A stretch of DNA of 64,000 bases, taken from contig WHTM01000015.1 of assembly GCA_009377755.1 (NCBI GenBank), positions 22,520-86,519 on the forward strand, read 5' to 3'. Source of the stretch: Hyphomicrobiales bacterium. Lineage in GTDB: Bacteria > Pseudomonadota > Alphaproteobacteria > Rhizobiales > Xanthobacteraceae. Below are positions 48,901 to 58,365 of the stretch, piece by piece (the first letter of the stretch is position 1; every line of letters begins with the position of its first letter). The notes under the pieces are model-generated. The model had not been told where the DNA came from. It searched no databases and worked only from the letters and a program-made list of their open reading frames with translations. Position numbers and translations under genes: made by a program.

Positions 48901-50340
48901 TCAGGCTCCCATGGCCATGGCGGCGGGCGACGGGGTGTGCGCCTGCGCGCCCGGCTCGGCCAGCGTCCCGAAGAGGCTGTTCGCCCCAACTTGAGTAATC
49001 GTCACCGGATCGAGTTCGCCAATTCGCGTTGCTGGTGCGAGGATCTGCACCGGCTGGAGATATGGGGACCGGCCGACAAGCTGGCCAGGGTGCCGCCCCG
49101 GCTTCTCGAACAGAACCTCGAAGGTCGCGCCGAGGCAGCGTGCATTGAACGCCTGCCGATTCCGCTCGATCGCCGCCTGCAGAACCTGCAGCCGCGCCTC
49201 CTTCACCGATTCCGGGACCTGGTCCGGCAAGGCGGCTGCCGGTGTGCCGGGGCGCGGCGAATACCTGAACGAGAACGCGCCGGCGTAGCCGACGGCGTCG
49301 ACCAGCCCGAGCGTGTCGCGGAAATCTTCCTCGGTCTCGCCCGGGAATCCGACGATGAAGTCCGAGGACAGCGCCAGGTCCGGCCGCGCCGCCCGCAGGC
49401 AGTCGATGACGGCGAGATAATCGGCGCGCGTGTGGCGGCGGTTCATCGCGGCGAGGATGCGGTCGGAACCCGACTGTACCGGCAGATGCAGCTGCGGCAT
49501 CAGCGCCGGAAGATCGCGGTGCGCGGCGACGAGATCGTCGCTGACATCGCGCGGATGGCTGGTCGTGTAGCGCAGCCGCGCGATTCCCGGAATATCGGCG
49601 ATCCGCCGCAGCAGACGGGCCAGTGTCCAGTCGCGCCCGCCGGTGCCGGTGCCATGATACGCATTCACGTTCTGGCCGATCAGCGTGACCTCTCGCACGC
49701 CGGCGTCTGCGAGCCGCTCGACCTCGGCGATGATCTTTGCCGCCGGACGCGAGACCTCGGCGCCGCGGGTATAGGGAACCACGCAGAAGGTGCAGAACTT
49801 GTCGCAACCCTCCTGCACGGTCACGAACGCGGATACCCCGCGGGCCCGCATCGCCTCCCGGGTCGGCCCGGCGAGGATGTCGAACTTGTCCTCCACGGGA
49901 AATTCGGTATCGACCACCTTGGCGCCGCCCTCGACGCGGGCCAGCATCTCCGGCAAGCGGTGATAGCTCCGCGGCCCGACCACCAGGTCCACGGAACCGG
50001 CGCGCCGGAGGATTTCCTCCCCTTCCGCCTGCGCCACGCAGCCGGCCACCGCCACCACCATGCGGCGTCCTGCGTCGGCGGCGGCTTCCTTCAGTTTCCG
50101 GATGCGCCCAAGCTCCGAATAGACCTTTTCGGCCGCCTTTTCGCGGATATGGCAGGTGTTGAGAACGACGAGATCGGCATCGGCCGGGTCGGCGGTCCCC
50201 ACGTAGCCGGCCGGCGCCAGGGTGTCCGCCATCCGATGCGAATCGTAGACGTTCATCTGGCAGCCGTAGGACTTGATGAACAGCTTGCGTGGCGCGGCGG
50301 ATGTGCCCGCGCCTGCCGGCGGCCGTTTCTCGCAGGTCAT
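48901..50340 (-). CDS. miaB: tRNA (i6A37) methylthiotransferase MiaB
   Basis: Begins [15 protein letters not shown]. Radical-SAM CxxxCxxC motif in [16 protein letters not shown], plus a TRAM domain. Start taken at ATG 50340. Confidence 0.9.
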   Translation of the reverse strand: MTCEKRPPAGAGTSAAPRKLFIKSYGCQMNVYDSHRMADTLAPAGYVGTADPADADLVVLNTCHIREKAAEKVYSELGRIRKLKEAAADAGRRMVVAVAGCVAQAEGEEILRRAGSVDLVVGPRSYHRLPEMLARVEGGAKVVDTEFPVEDKFDILAGPTREAMRARGVSAFVTVQEGCDKFCTFCVVPYTRGAEVSRPAAKIIAEVERLADAGVREVTLIGQNVNAYHGTGTGGRDWTLARLLRRIADIPGIARLRYTTSHPRDVSDDLVAAHRDLPALMPQLHLPVQSGSDRILAAMNRRHTRADYLAVIDCLRAARPDLALSSDFIVGFPGETEEDFRDTLGLVDAVGYAGAFSFRYSPRPGTPAAALPDQVPESVKEARLQVLQAAIERNRQAFNARCLGATFEVLFEKPGRHPGQLVGRSPYLQPVQILAPATRIGELDPVTITQVGANSLFGTLAEPGAQAHTPSPAAMAMGA

Positions 50341-50477
50341 TCGGGTATCGTCACACTCCCGTTCGAGGTGAAGAAGCGCGTCGTCACCTTTTGTCACCGG
50401 TCGTCATAGCGAGTTTCCCGGTTGAAAGGAATGGCGGCGGTGCGTCCGCAGTTCCTTGCCGGGGGTCGAGGCCGCCG

Positions 50478-51341
50478 TTAGGACACCCGCGCCACGGAGG
50501 CCATGTCCGGTTCGGCGACGGCGGCGCGGGGGGCTTCGCCCGCGGCAGGAATCTCGATCGGCCGCCCGCGCAGCGCCGCCGCGGTCAGCGAGCGCACCAC
50601 GGCCTCAAGCGACCGGACCACCGACTTGCGGTCGGCGCCGTCACCGTATTCGACCGGCTCGCCCCAGCTCAGCGTAACGTCGACGGCGCCGCGCCGCAGG
50701 AATTCCCGCAGGTGCGACACCAGATCGCGGTCGCCGTACCAGGCGACGATCGGTCGATGCTGCCGACCCATTGGCAGGCCGAGCAGACCGGTATAGCCGA
50801 TCGACAGCGGCTGCACCGCGATGCGCTTGCCGGCGCCGGCTTGCCCCAATGCCTCCCTAAGCGCGCCGACCAGGGCTGGGCGGAACGGCAGCACGCGGTT
50901 GCCGTCGCTGGAGGTTCCTTCCGCGAACAGGATGATGGACTGCCCGTCCGCCAAATGCCGCGCGATGTCGACAACCGCCGCAGCCGTCTGGCGCCGGCGC
51001 TCGCGCTCGACGAACACGGTGCCCCGCACGCGCGCCACCCATCCGATCAGCGGCCAGCGCTTAACCTCGCTCTTGGCGACGAAGATCACCGGCACCGTCG
51101 CCGTGATGGCGAGAATGTCGACCCATGAGACGTGGTTGGCGAGAACCAGCACCGCGTGGTGCTGCGGCGGCGCGCCGACGATCCGGATGCGCACGCCGAG
51201 CAGAGCGCACACCGCGCGACTGTAAAGGATCGAGATCTTGCCGCGTCCGTTGAGCCGCAGCAGCGCCATCACCCCCAGCGCGGCGGCGAGTGCCGCCGTG
51301 AGGGCGACGAACGTGGGGATGACAAAAATGATGCGCAACAT
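50478..51341 (-). CDS. lysophospholipid (1-acyl-sn-glycerol-3-phosphate) acyltransferase family protein
   Basis: N-terminal TM helix, HX4D motif in ANHVSWVDILA, and FAEGTSSDG. Confidence 0.8.
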   Translation of the reverse strand: MLRIIFVIPTFVALTAALAAALGVMALLRLNGRGKISILYSRAVCALLGVRIRIVGAPPQHHAVLVLANHVSWVDILAITATVPVIFVAKSEVKRWPLIGWVARVRGTVFVERERRRQTAAAVVDIARHLADGQSIILFAEGTSSDGNRVLPFRPALVGALREALGQAGAGKRIAVQPLSIGYTGLLGLPMGRQHRPIVAWYGDRDLVSHLREFLRRGAVDVTLSWGEPVEYGDGADRKSVVRSLEAVVRSLTAAALRGRPIEIPAAGEAPRAAVAEPDMASVARVS

Positions 51342-51769
51342 CAGGGCGATTTGTCGCCGTCGTCGAGCGGCACGGCGTAGAGCTCGAGCCGATGGTCGAC
51401 CAGGCGATAGCCGAGCCGGCGGGCCACCTCGCTTTGCAGCCGTTCGATTTCCTCGGACTGGAATTCGATCACCTCGCCGGAGCGCAGATCGATCAGATGA
51501 TCATGATGCGATTCGCGCAGCTGCTCGTAGCGGGCGCGGCCCTCGCGAAAATCATGGCGCTCGATGATGCCGGCGTCCTCGAATAGCTTCACGGTCCGAT
51601 AAACGGTCGAAATCGAAATCCGGTCGTCGGCCTTGGCACAGCGACGATAGAGCTCCTCGACGTCGGGATGATCGTCGGACTCCGCCAGCACGCGGGCGAT
51701 CGTCCGGCGCTGCTCGGTCATGCGCATGCCCTTGGCGGTGCACAGGCTTTCGATGTCGCTGGCCTTCAC
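51341..51769 (-). CDS. fur: ferric uptake regulator family protein (Fur/Mur)
   Basis: Contains GMRMTEQRRTIARVLAESDDHPDVEELYRRC, ISISTVYRTVKLFEDAGII and HHDHLIDL. Start uncertain (GTG 51769 or ATG 51730). Confidence 0.85.
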   Translation of the reverse strand: MKASDIESLCTAKGMRMTEQRRTIARVLAESDDHPDVEELYRRCAKADDRISISTVYRTVKLFEDAGIIERHDFREGRARYEQLRESHHDHLIDLRSGEVIEFQSEEIERLQSEVARRLGYRLVDHRLELYAVPLDDGDKSP

Positions 51770-52083
51770 TCCGTGATCTCCGCCGGTGGTCGGCCCGGCC
51801 GTCAGTCTCCGCTGCAACCGCCCCCCGCTGGCCGCCACCATCATAGGAGCGGAGCCGGGGAGCGTCTATCGCGGGGTTTGGGATTGGTCGCTCGTTTGGA
51901 CGGGAGCGCGACGACGCCGGCATCACATACGGCGGCATCCCGAGGACACTACGTCTCGATCTCACAATAGTCTTCCGCGCGACGGGCCCCGGCTGCTCGA
52001 CGCAGCGTCGCGGTCCAATATGAACCGCATTGAATCAGACATTTTCCAGTCGATGTTCGACAGGACAGGGGTACCAATCCTCG

Positions 52084-52713
52084 CTAATCGCCCTTGAGCC
52101 GGCCGCCGCCGAACATGGTCGGCACATAACGTGGCGCTCCGATCGCGATCATGAAGCGGTGCTTGGTCAAGACCGGGTCGAGCGTGATCGGCGGCCGGAC
52201 CACGTCGAGGTCGGGTTCGGTCGACAGAACGAGGACCTGCGGGCCGTCCGCGGCGAAGGCCGCACGCAACGCCTGATCAAACGCCGCCGGTGTCGCCACG
52301 TTCTCGGCGCGGCCGATGCCGGCCGACCGGGCAAGCTGGGCGAGATCGAGGGCCGGATTGGTCAACACCTGGCCGCCGGACGCGGCATGGACGCCGTTGT
52401 GAATCAGCAGCACGGTGAGGTTCCGCGGTGCCACCGCACCAACGGTGATCAGAGCTCCCAAGTGCATCAGCACGGCGCCATCGCCTTCGACCACGACGAC
52501 GTGCCGCGTTGGCTGCGCGACGGCGAGACCGAGCGCCAGCGGCAGCGCGAGGCCCATCGCATCCTCAATGTAGAAATTCTCCGGCGTGTGATGTGTCGCG
52601 GCCCACAGGTAGGACGCGTTCCCTAGCGCAGTGACGACGAGGGCATGCTCCGGCAGAGCGTCCGCGAGCACCCGGTAGTAATCGGCCCGGCTCGGCCGTG
52701 TGTTGCTCACCAT
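52084..52713 (-). CDS. thiamine-diphosphate enzyme, beta (PP-binding) subunit of a split decarboxylase (sulfopyruvate/phosphonopyruvate decarboxylase-like, ComE type)
   Basis: TPP motif VVVVEGDGAVLMHLGALITVGAVAPRNLTVLLIHNG; 209 aa. Has a 7-nt overlap with the alpha subunit gene. Confidence 0.65.
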   Translation of the reverse strand: MVSNTRPSRADYYRVLADALPEHALVVTALGNASYLWAATHHTPENFYIEDAMGLALPLALGLAVAQPTRHVVVVEGDGAVLMHLGALITVGAVAPRNLTVLLIHNGVHAASGGQVLTNPALDLAQLARSAGIGRAENVATPAAFDQALRAAFAADGPQVLVLSTEPDLDVVRPPITLDPVLTKHRFMIAIGAPRYVPTMFGGGRLKGD

Positions 52714-53231
52714 TGGATGTCCTCCCGCGACAGCAGGAGCACGAACGGGCTCGACGCTTCTTCCGCATAGGTCGCCGCCGCCTCGACCTGAAGACCGATT
52801 GGACGGTCGGGATCGGCGCGGACATGGGCGAGGCCGAGCCCCGTCAGCACCGGTTCCGTCGCCCGCGCCTTGGGGATGTGATAGAAGACCGGATCCTCCG
52901 GCGTCCCGCGATATGAGGCCAGCATCAACAGCGGGAACTGGTAGCGCTGAGCAAGACAGACCATCCCGGCGCCCATGCTAAGCAGCCCGACGTTCTGAAT
53001 CAACATCGCGGTGCGCACGCCGCCGAGCCGGGCGCCGCAGGCGATCGCCAGCGCCTCCTCTTCGTGCGTCGCGCGCACGAGCCGCATGGTCGGCTCCTGT
53101 TCGATCCGCATGAGGATCTCTCCGAGCCAACTGTCCGGCACGGCGACCGCCACGCCGAACCCGAGGCGCTTCAAGGTGGCGAGAAGCTCCGAAGGCCGAT
53201 GCCGATCTGCGGCCGGTGCGACCGACATCAT
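52707..53231 (-). CDS. thiamine-diphosphate enzyme, alpha (PYR) subunit of a split decarboxylase (ComD type)
   Basis: Begins at ATG 53231: MMSVAPAADRHRPSELLATLKRLGFGVAVAVPDSWLGEIL..ATHEEEALAIACGARLGG..MLIQNVGL. About 174 aa. The track's upstream extension is unlikely to be coding. Confidence 0.6.
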   Translation of the reverse strand: MMSVAPAADRHRPSELLATLKRLGFGVAVAVPDSWLGEILMRIEQEPTMRLVRATHEEEALAIACGARLGGVRTAMLIQNVGLLSMGAGMVCLAQRYQFPLLMLASYRGTPEDPVFYHIPKARATEPVLTGLGLAHVRADPDRPIGLQVEAAATYAEEASSPFVLLLSREDIQW

Positions 53232-53305
53232 GTCGACCTCGCCGAGGGGCGCGCCATGGTTACAATTGCGGCAATCCAGCACTGCATTCGATATTGCCCA
53301 TTTTT

Positions 53306-53333
53306 TGTTCCTATCTATGGTAAGATAAGAACA
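53306..53333. promoter_or_regulatory. candidate operator dyad in an AT-rich patch of the divergent decarboxylase / TRAP promoter region
   Basis: TGTTCCTATC-N8-GATAAGAACA, with 9 of 10 positions complementary, in the only AT-rich stretch of the 235-bp intergenic region. Confidence 0.35.
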
Positions 53334-53466
53334 TAGGAGAGGATCGTACGCTGCGTTCGGGAGAGCTTCCAACAGGCTGAAGTGGCTGCCAGCGGCACGA
53401 GCAGCAGCGTAGGAGCGTGGTCGGGATTTGTCCGGGTCGGCGTTGTTTCCAATTGGGGAGGTTCGC

Positions 53467-54480
53467 ATGAAGGCTCTTGCTCCTGCAATCTTGGCTCTCG
53501 GAGTTCTGGCGGCGAATGCCGTGACGTTCGCCGATGTCAGGGCCCAGTCCGCCTCCGCCACGATCAGGCTGACGATGGTTGGCGCCTGGAAGCCGGGCAC
53601 CTCTCCGGCCGCAGACATGGGCATCAAGTTCAAGGATACCGTGAACCAGCTCTCCGGCGGCAAGGTCGTTATCGACTTCAGAGGTGCTTCCGACGTGGTT
53701 CCGACCTTCGATCAGCCCGAAGCGCTGGTCAGGGGCGTGTTCGACGTCTGGTACGGAGCGCCGAATTACTGGGCCGGCATCGTTCGCGGCGGCTACCTGA
53801 CCGAAATGTCGCCCCACGATATCCCTGATAACGGACCGGGGAGCGAGCTGTTCGAATTCGTGAACAAGCTCCACGAGGCGCATGGTGCGCGCTATCTCGG
53901 CCACATGACCGGTGGGCCCGGCGCCGGCAACCACTTCCTCTACACGCAGAAGAAGATTGCCCGCATCGAGGACCTCAAAGGCATGAAGATCCGCGTGCCG
54001 CCGCTGACCCGGTTCTTCGTGGCCGGTCTCGGGGCGGAGCCGGTGACGCTGCCGCCCGGCGACATCTATCTCGCGCTCGAGCGCGGCACGGTGGAGGGAT
54101 TCACCTGGCCCGTCTATGACGGCTTCACCAATTTCGGCTGGCAGGAAGTGTCGAAGTTCATGGTCGCACATCCGCTCTATCGCAACGGGATCTCCATCGT
54201 CGTCAATCTCCGCAAGTGGAACAGCCTGCCGGAGGACGCCAGGAAGATCATGTTCCAGGCCGCCGCCGACACCCAGGCGTGGTCGCGCGGCTTCGTGGCG
54301 AAGCAGCAGACCGCACAGCTTGCGAAGATGAAGGCGGCCAAAATGGAGCCGATCGAGTTCACGCCGGCCGAAGCCAAGCGCTGGGAAGATACCGCCAGGG
54401 ACGCGCTGTGGGCGCACTTCAAGTCCGTGATGAGCGCCGGTGACTACGAAACCGCGCGGCGGCTGCTCAGCGCAAAATGA
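53467..54480 (+). CDS. TRAP transporter substrate-binding protein (DctP family)
   Basis: ATG 53467 follows GGGGAGG. Signal peptide MKALAPAILALGVLAANAVTFA, then a DctP-like body. Confidence 0.75.
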   Translation: MKALAPAILALGVLAANAVTFADVRAQSASATIRLTMVGAWKPGTSPAADMGIKFKDTVNQLSGGKVVIDFRGASDVVPTFDQPEALVRGVFDVWYGAPNYWAGIVRGGYLTEMSPHDIPDNGPGSELFEFVNKLHEAHGARYLGHMTGGPGAGNHFLYTQKKIARIEDLKGMKIRVPPLTRFFVAGLGAEPVTLPPGDIYLALERGTVEGFTWPVYDGFTNFGWQEVSKFMVAHPLYRNGISIVVNLRKWNSLPEDARKIMFQAAADTQAWSRGFVAKQQTAQLAKMKAAKMEPIEFTPAEAKRWEDTARDALWAHFKSVMSAGDYETARRLLSAK

Positions 54481-54520
54481 CGCCGGACGAACGGGGCTGG
54501 CATTCGGATCCCCTCGCCGG

Positions 54521-55042
54521 ATGCCCGTCGTGACGGCGTGGCGCCTCTTCGACCGCATCATCGACGCGCTCGCCGCGCTTGCCGCGCTGCTCCTCATCGC
54601 CGTGATGGTGGCCACCACCGTCAAGGTCTTCTACCGCTACGGACTACGCCAGAGTCTGATCGGCGTCGACCAAATCAGCGGTACGTTGCTTCTCTATATC
54701 GCCTTTCTCGGCGCCGCCTGGGTGCTGCGGCGTGAGGGGCACGTCACGATCGACCTGCTTCTCAGCCATGTCGGGCGGCGCACCCGGTTGCTCCTCATGG
54801 TGGGGAGCTCGCTGATCGGCGCCGCGGTCTGCCTCGTGGTCGCCGTGTTCGGCACGGTGGAGGTCGTCAACTCGATCCAGCGGGGCATCCGCATCCCGGC
54901 GGAGATCGAGATACCGCGCGCGGTCAACCTGATCGTCATTCCGATCGGCTTTCTGTTGCTGGGCCTCCAGTTCCTGCGCCGCGCGCTGAACGGCCTCAAG
55001 CGGGGCGAAATGCTCCTACCCCCGCCCGCGAGCCCAGTCTGA
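54521..55042 (+). CDS. TRAP transporter small permease (DctQ family)
   Basis: About 173 aa with four predicted TM helices (ALAALAALLLIAVMVATTV..). Located between the P and M genes. Confidence 0.75.
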   Translation: MPVVTAWRLFDRIIDALAALAALLLIAVMVATTVKVFYRYGLRQSLIGVDQISGTLLLYIAFLGAAWVLRREGHVTIDLLLSHVGRRTRLLLMVGSSLIGAAVCLVVAVFGTVEVVNSIQRGIRIPAEIEIPRAVNLIVIPIGFLLLGLQFLRRALNGLKRGEMLLPPPASPV

Positions 55043-55046
55043 ACCG

Positions 55047-56360
55047 ATGGAGATCGTGCTCTACATCACCCTCTTTTTCGGCGGACTGGCAGTGCTGCTG
55101 CTGGTCGGTCTTCCGGTTGCCATCGCCTTCACCTTCGTCAATCTCGTTGGCGTCTACGTTTTCTGGGGCGGAGCGATCGGCTTCAGTCAATTGATCCTCA
55201 GCATCGACAGTTCGGTGTCGACTTTCGTGCTCGTGCCGGTCCCGATGTTCATCCTCATGGGGACGATGATGTTTCATTCCGGAGTGGCGTACCGGCTAAT
55301 CGACGTGCTCGACCAGTGGCTCGGGCGGATCGCCGGGCGGCTCGCCGTCCTCGCCGTCGCCGCCGGGGCGCTGTTCGCCACGCTGACCGGCGTCGCCATC
55401 GGCAGCGTGGCGATGCTCGGCTCGACGCTGGTGCCAGACATGGAGCGTCGCGGCTATTCCCGCACCCTGGCGCTCGGCTCGGTCCTCGCCAGCGGCAGCC
55501 TTGCCATCCTCATTCCACCGAGTGCGCTCGCCGTGATTCTCGCGAGCCTCGGCAAGTTCTCCGTCGGCAAGCTGCTGATCGGCATCATCGTGCCCGGCAT
55601 TCTGCTCGCCTGCGTCTATGCCATCTACATCGTGCTGCGCTGCACGCTGCAGCCGTCGCTCGCTCCTCCCTACGCGGTCGAGCGGACGCCGATGGTCCCG
55701 CGGCTGCGTGATACGCTTATCTACGTCGTCCCGCCCCTGTCCATGATCGGTCTCGTTATCGGCACGATCTTTGCCGGCATCGCGACCCCGACCGAAGCCG
55801 CCGCGATCGGCACGCTGCTGAGCTTCGTCGTGGCGGCCGGTTACGGCAAGCTGACGTGGCCCGTGATCAAGCAGGCGGTCGGATCGGCGACCTCGCTGTC
55901 GGTCATGGTTCTGCTCGTGCTGACCGGCTCCGCCGCCTTCAGCCAGCTCCTGAGCTTCTCCGGCGTCACACCCGCCATCACCGCGTTTGCCGTCGGCATG
56001 GACGTCCACCCGATCGTCGTCTTGATCCTGATGCAGCTCGTCGTCATGGTGCTCGGGATGTTCATCGAGCAGACGGCGATCGTGCTCGTCACCATCCCGA
56101 TCTTCATGCCGATCGTGGCCACTATGGGCTGGGATCCGATCTGGTTCGGCGCCATCATGATGCTGAACCTCGAGATGGCGACCATTACCCCGCCCTTCGG
56201 CCTGTCCTTGTTCGTGATGAAGGGCATCGCCCCGCCCGGGACCACGATGGGCGAGGTCTACCGCGCGGCGCTGCCGTTCGTCGGCCTGAACCTCGTGGTC
56301 ATGGCGTTGATGATCCTGTTCCCGGACATCGTGCTGTGGCTGCCCGCGCAGATGAGGTGA
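55047..56360 (+). CDS. TRAP transporter large permease (DctM family)
   Basis: 437 aa polytopic membrane protein, 4 nt after the small permease gene. Confidence 0.85.
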   Translation: MEIVLYITLFFGGLAVLLLVGLPVAIAFTFVNLVGVYVFWGGAIGFSQLILSIDSSVSTFVLVPVPMFILMGTMMFHSGVAYRLIDVLDQWLGRIAGRLAVLAVAAGALFATLTGVAIGSVAMLGSTLVPDMERRGYSRTLALGSVLASGSLAILIPPSALAVILASLGKFSVGKLLIGIIVPGILLACVYAIYIVLRCTLQPSLAPPYAVERTPMVPRLRDTLIYVVPPLSMIGLVIGTIFAGIATPTEAAAIGTLLSFVVAAGYGKLTWPVIKQAVGSATSLSVMVLLVLTGSAAFSQLLSFSGVTPAITAFAVGMDVHPIVVLILMQLVVMVLGMFIEQTAIVLVTIPIFMPIVATMGWDPIWFGAIMMLNLEMATITPPFGLSLFVMKGIAPPGTTMGEVYRAALPFVGLNLVVMALMILFPDIVLWLPAQMR

Positions 56361-56373
56361 CGCCTGCGCCCGC

Positions 56374-56859
56374 TCACCCCAGCTCCCGCCGCAGCACCAG
56401 CGCAGTCGAATCCAACGTGAGGTCGTGGCCGTAATAGCGCTCACGCTTGCCGACCTCCTCGAAGCCCATGCGGTCATAGAGCGCAAGCGCCGGCGCGTTC
56501 TCCGCGCCGACCTCGAGGAAGACCGCACGCACGTCGAGTCCCGCAAGCCGCTGCAGGTTTCGCCGCAGCAGCTTGCGGCCGAGCCCGCGACCGCGCGCAC
56601 CCTTGTCCACCGCGATCGACAGGATTTCGGCTTCGTCGGCAGCGCGCCGCGTCAGGATGAAGCCGACGAGATCGCGCCCCAGCAACGCACGATCGGCAAC
56701 GACATTCGGGTCGACAAGCAGTTGCTCCATCTCGCTGTCGCTCCAGCCGCGCCGGAACGAGGCCGCATGCAGGGCCGCGATCGCCTCGGCATCAGCCGGG
56801 CCGGCATCGGACAGCACCGGCTGTCCGCGGGAAAACAGGCGGCTGACGAGATCCATCAT
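56374..56859 (-). CDS. rimI: ribosomal-protein-alanine N-acetyltransferase RimI
   Basis: GNAT motif SIAVDKGARGRGLGRKLL. Its ATG at 56859 overlaps the tsaB stop (ATGA). The long track ORF 56374-57594 is this gene plus an out-of-frame read through tsaB. Confidence 0.8.
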   Translation of the reverse strand: MMDLVSRLFSRGQPVLSDAGPADAEAIAALHAASFRRGWSDSEMEQLLVDPNVVADRALLGRDLVGFILTRRAADEAEILSIAVDKGARGRGLGRKLLRRNLQRLAGLDVRAVFLEVGAENAPALALYDRMGFEEVGKRERYYGHDLTLDSTALVLRRELG

Positions 56860-57539
56860 CGGCGCGGCAGCCGTGCTGCGTCCTGCGGCTGGGTATCGGG
56901 CGCGCGCAGATAGAGCGGGCGCGGCGGGCCCTGACTGACCGAGGCCGCCGCGCCGAGCCGGGCGACCCAGTCGATATCCGGGCACGCGCGCGCATCGATC
57001 AGCGCCGGCGGTGGCTGGCCCGGCGGCCACGCGGCAGCGATCAGCTCGGCCGCGGTCCCGGTCACGCGCGCCGCCCCGGTCGCGGCGGCACGTATCGCCT
57101 CGCGCAGCGGCGCAATGCGTGCGGAGACCAACGTGCGCCCTTCCGGTCCGAAGACTTGGAGATAAACGTGTTCGTGCCTGGCATCGATCGCGGCCACGAC
57201 CGGTTCGGTATCGTCGGCCGCAATATGCGGCGCCGCGAACGAGGCCAGCGTCGACAGCCCGACCGCCGGCTTGCCGGCCGCAAGCGCAATGCCGCGCGCG
57301 GCCGAAATGCCGACGCGCAACCCGGTGAAGCTGCCGGGACCGACCGTCACGGCGACACGATCGAGCGTCGCGAAATCGACGCCGGCCTGCGCCATCACTC
57401 GGGCAATGAGCGGCATCAGGACTTCCGCCTGGCCCCGCACCATCGGCAGGCTTTCGCGGCCCACGATGGCTCCACGGCCGGTATCGAGGACGGCCGCGGA
57501 GCACGCGGCCAGGGCGGTATCGATGGCGAGGACGAGCAT
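56856..57539 (-). CDS. tsaB: tRNA t6A37 biosynthesis protein TsaB
   Basis: Begins MLVLAIDTALAACSAAVL and contains VTVGPGSFTGLRVGISAARGIALA. Confidence 0.88.
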   Translation of the reverse strand: MLVLAIDTALAACSAAVLDTGRGAIVGRESLPMVRGQAEVLMPLIARVMAQAGVDFATLDRVAVTVGPGSFTGLRVGISAARGIALAAGKPAVGLSTLASFAAPHIAADDTEPVVAAIDARHEHVYLQVFGPEGRTLVSARIAPLREAIRAAATGAARVTGTAAELIAAAWPPGQPPPALIDARACPDIDWVARLGAAASVSQGPPRPLYLRAPDTQPQDAARLPRR

Positions 57540-57557
57540 GGTTCAGGAGCAAGCTAT

Positions 57558-57646
57558 GTAGGGTGGGCAGAGGCGCGCAGCGCCGTGCCCACACGCCGAT
57601 GCCGGCGACCGTCCGCGTGGGCTTCGCTTCCGCTCAGCCCACCCTG
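57558..57646. repeat. family D palindromic repeat
   Basis: GTAGGGTGGGCAGAGG..GTGCCCAC..GTGGGCTTCGCTTCCGCTCAGCCCACCCTGC. The other copy is at 22544-22628. Confidence 0.75.
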
Positions 57647-57670
57647 CAAACCGGTCAGGGCGCCTCGGCC

Positions 57671-58231
57671 TCACATCGGTCGCACTTCGACGACATCGGG
57701 GACGTAATGGCGCAGCAGGTTCTGGATGCCGTGCCGCAGCGTCGCGGTCGAGGACGGGCAGCCCGAGCAGGCGCCCTTCATGTTCAAGTAGACGACGCCT
57801 TCCTTGAAGCCGCGGAACGTGATGTCGCCGCCGTCGCCCGCCACCGCCGGACGTACGCGCGACTCGATCAGCTCCTTGATCGTCGCCACCGTGTCGGCAT
57901 CCGCGGCATCAAAGAACTCGTCCTCGGCCTCGGCCCCCTCGTCCTGCTCGTCGCGCAGCAGCGGCGCACCGGACATGAAGTGCTCCATGATGGCGCCGAG
58001 AATGGCTGGCTTCAGCTGCTGCCATTCGCCCGCGGTCTTGGTCACGGTGATGAAATCGGCGCCGAAGAACACGCCGCTCACGTCCGGGACGTCGAACAGC
58101 CGCTCCGCGAGCGACGACTTTGCCGCCTGCTCCCGCGTCGGCATGTCGAGCGTCCCGTGGGCCATCACTGGACGGCCGGGAATGAACTTGAGCGTTGCCG
58201 GATTGGGCGTCGCTTCGGTCTGGATGAACAT
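57671..58231 (-). CDS. NifU-family Fe-S cluster assembly protein (Nfu_N + NifU_C)
   Basis: Begins MFIQTEATPNPATLKFIPG. C-terminal CxxC motif in GACSGCPSS. Confidence 0.88.
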   Translation of the reverse strand: MFIQTEATPNPATLKFIPGRPVMAHGTLDMPTREQAAKSSLAERLFDVPDVSGVFFGADFITVTKTAGEWQQLKPAILGAIMEHFMSGAPLLRDEQDEGAEAEDEFFDAADADTVATIKELIESRVRPAVAGDGGDITFRGFKEGVVYLNMKGACSGCPSSTATLRHGIQNLLRHYVPDVVEVRPM

Positions 58232-58365
58232 ATCTGGCTCCGTGAACGCGGGCTCAGACGCCTGCGCAACCGTTCGAAATCAACTCGTTGTAGTCTACTA
58301 CGTGGCGTCGGAGGTTGAAAATTCAACCCTTTGGGGCCGGCCCACCCCTTGCGCCTGGCCGTCTT

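Noticed and set aside
48712-50409. 565-aa plus-strand ORF opposite miaB
   Set aside because: Antisense shadow ORF. The minus strand encodes the radical-SAM MiaB with an intact CxxxCxxC motif.
53311-54624. 437-aa minus-strand ORF opposite the TRAP binding-protein gene
   Set aside because: Antisense shadow. The plus-strand ORF has an SD, a signal peptide and a DctP-like sequence.
55296-56600. 434-aa minus-strand ORF opposite the TRAP large permease
   Set aside because: Antisense shadow with a highly charged Arg/Asp/Glu/His composition. The plus strand encodes a typical polytopic DctM.
56374-57594. 406-aa ORF suggesting one large protein across rimI and tsaB
   Set aside because: Only the last 161 codons (rimI, from ATG 56859) are meaningful. 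The upstream part is an Arg/Gly/Pro-rich off-frame read of tsaB, whose own frame (56856-57539) is clearly TsaB.
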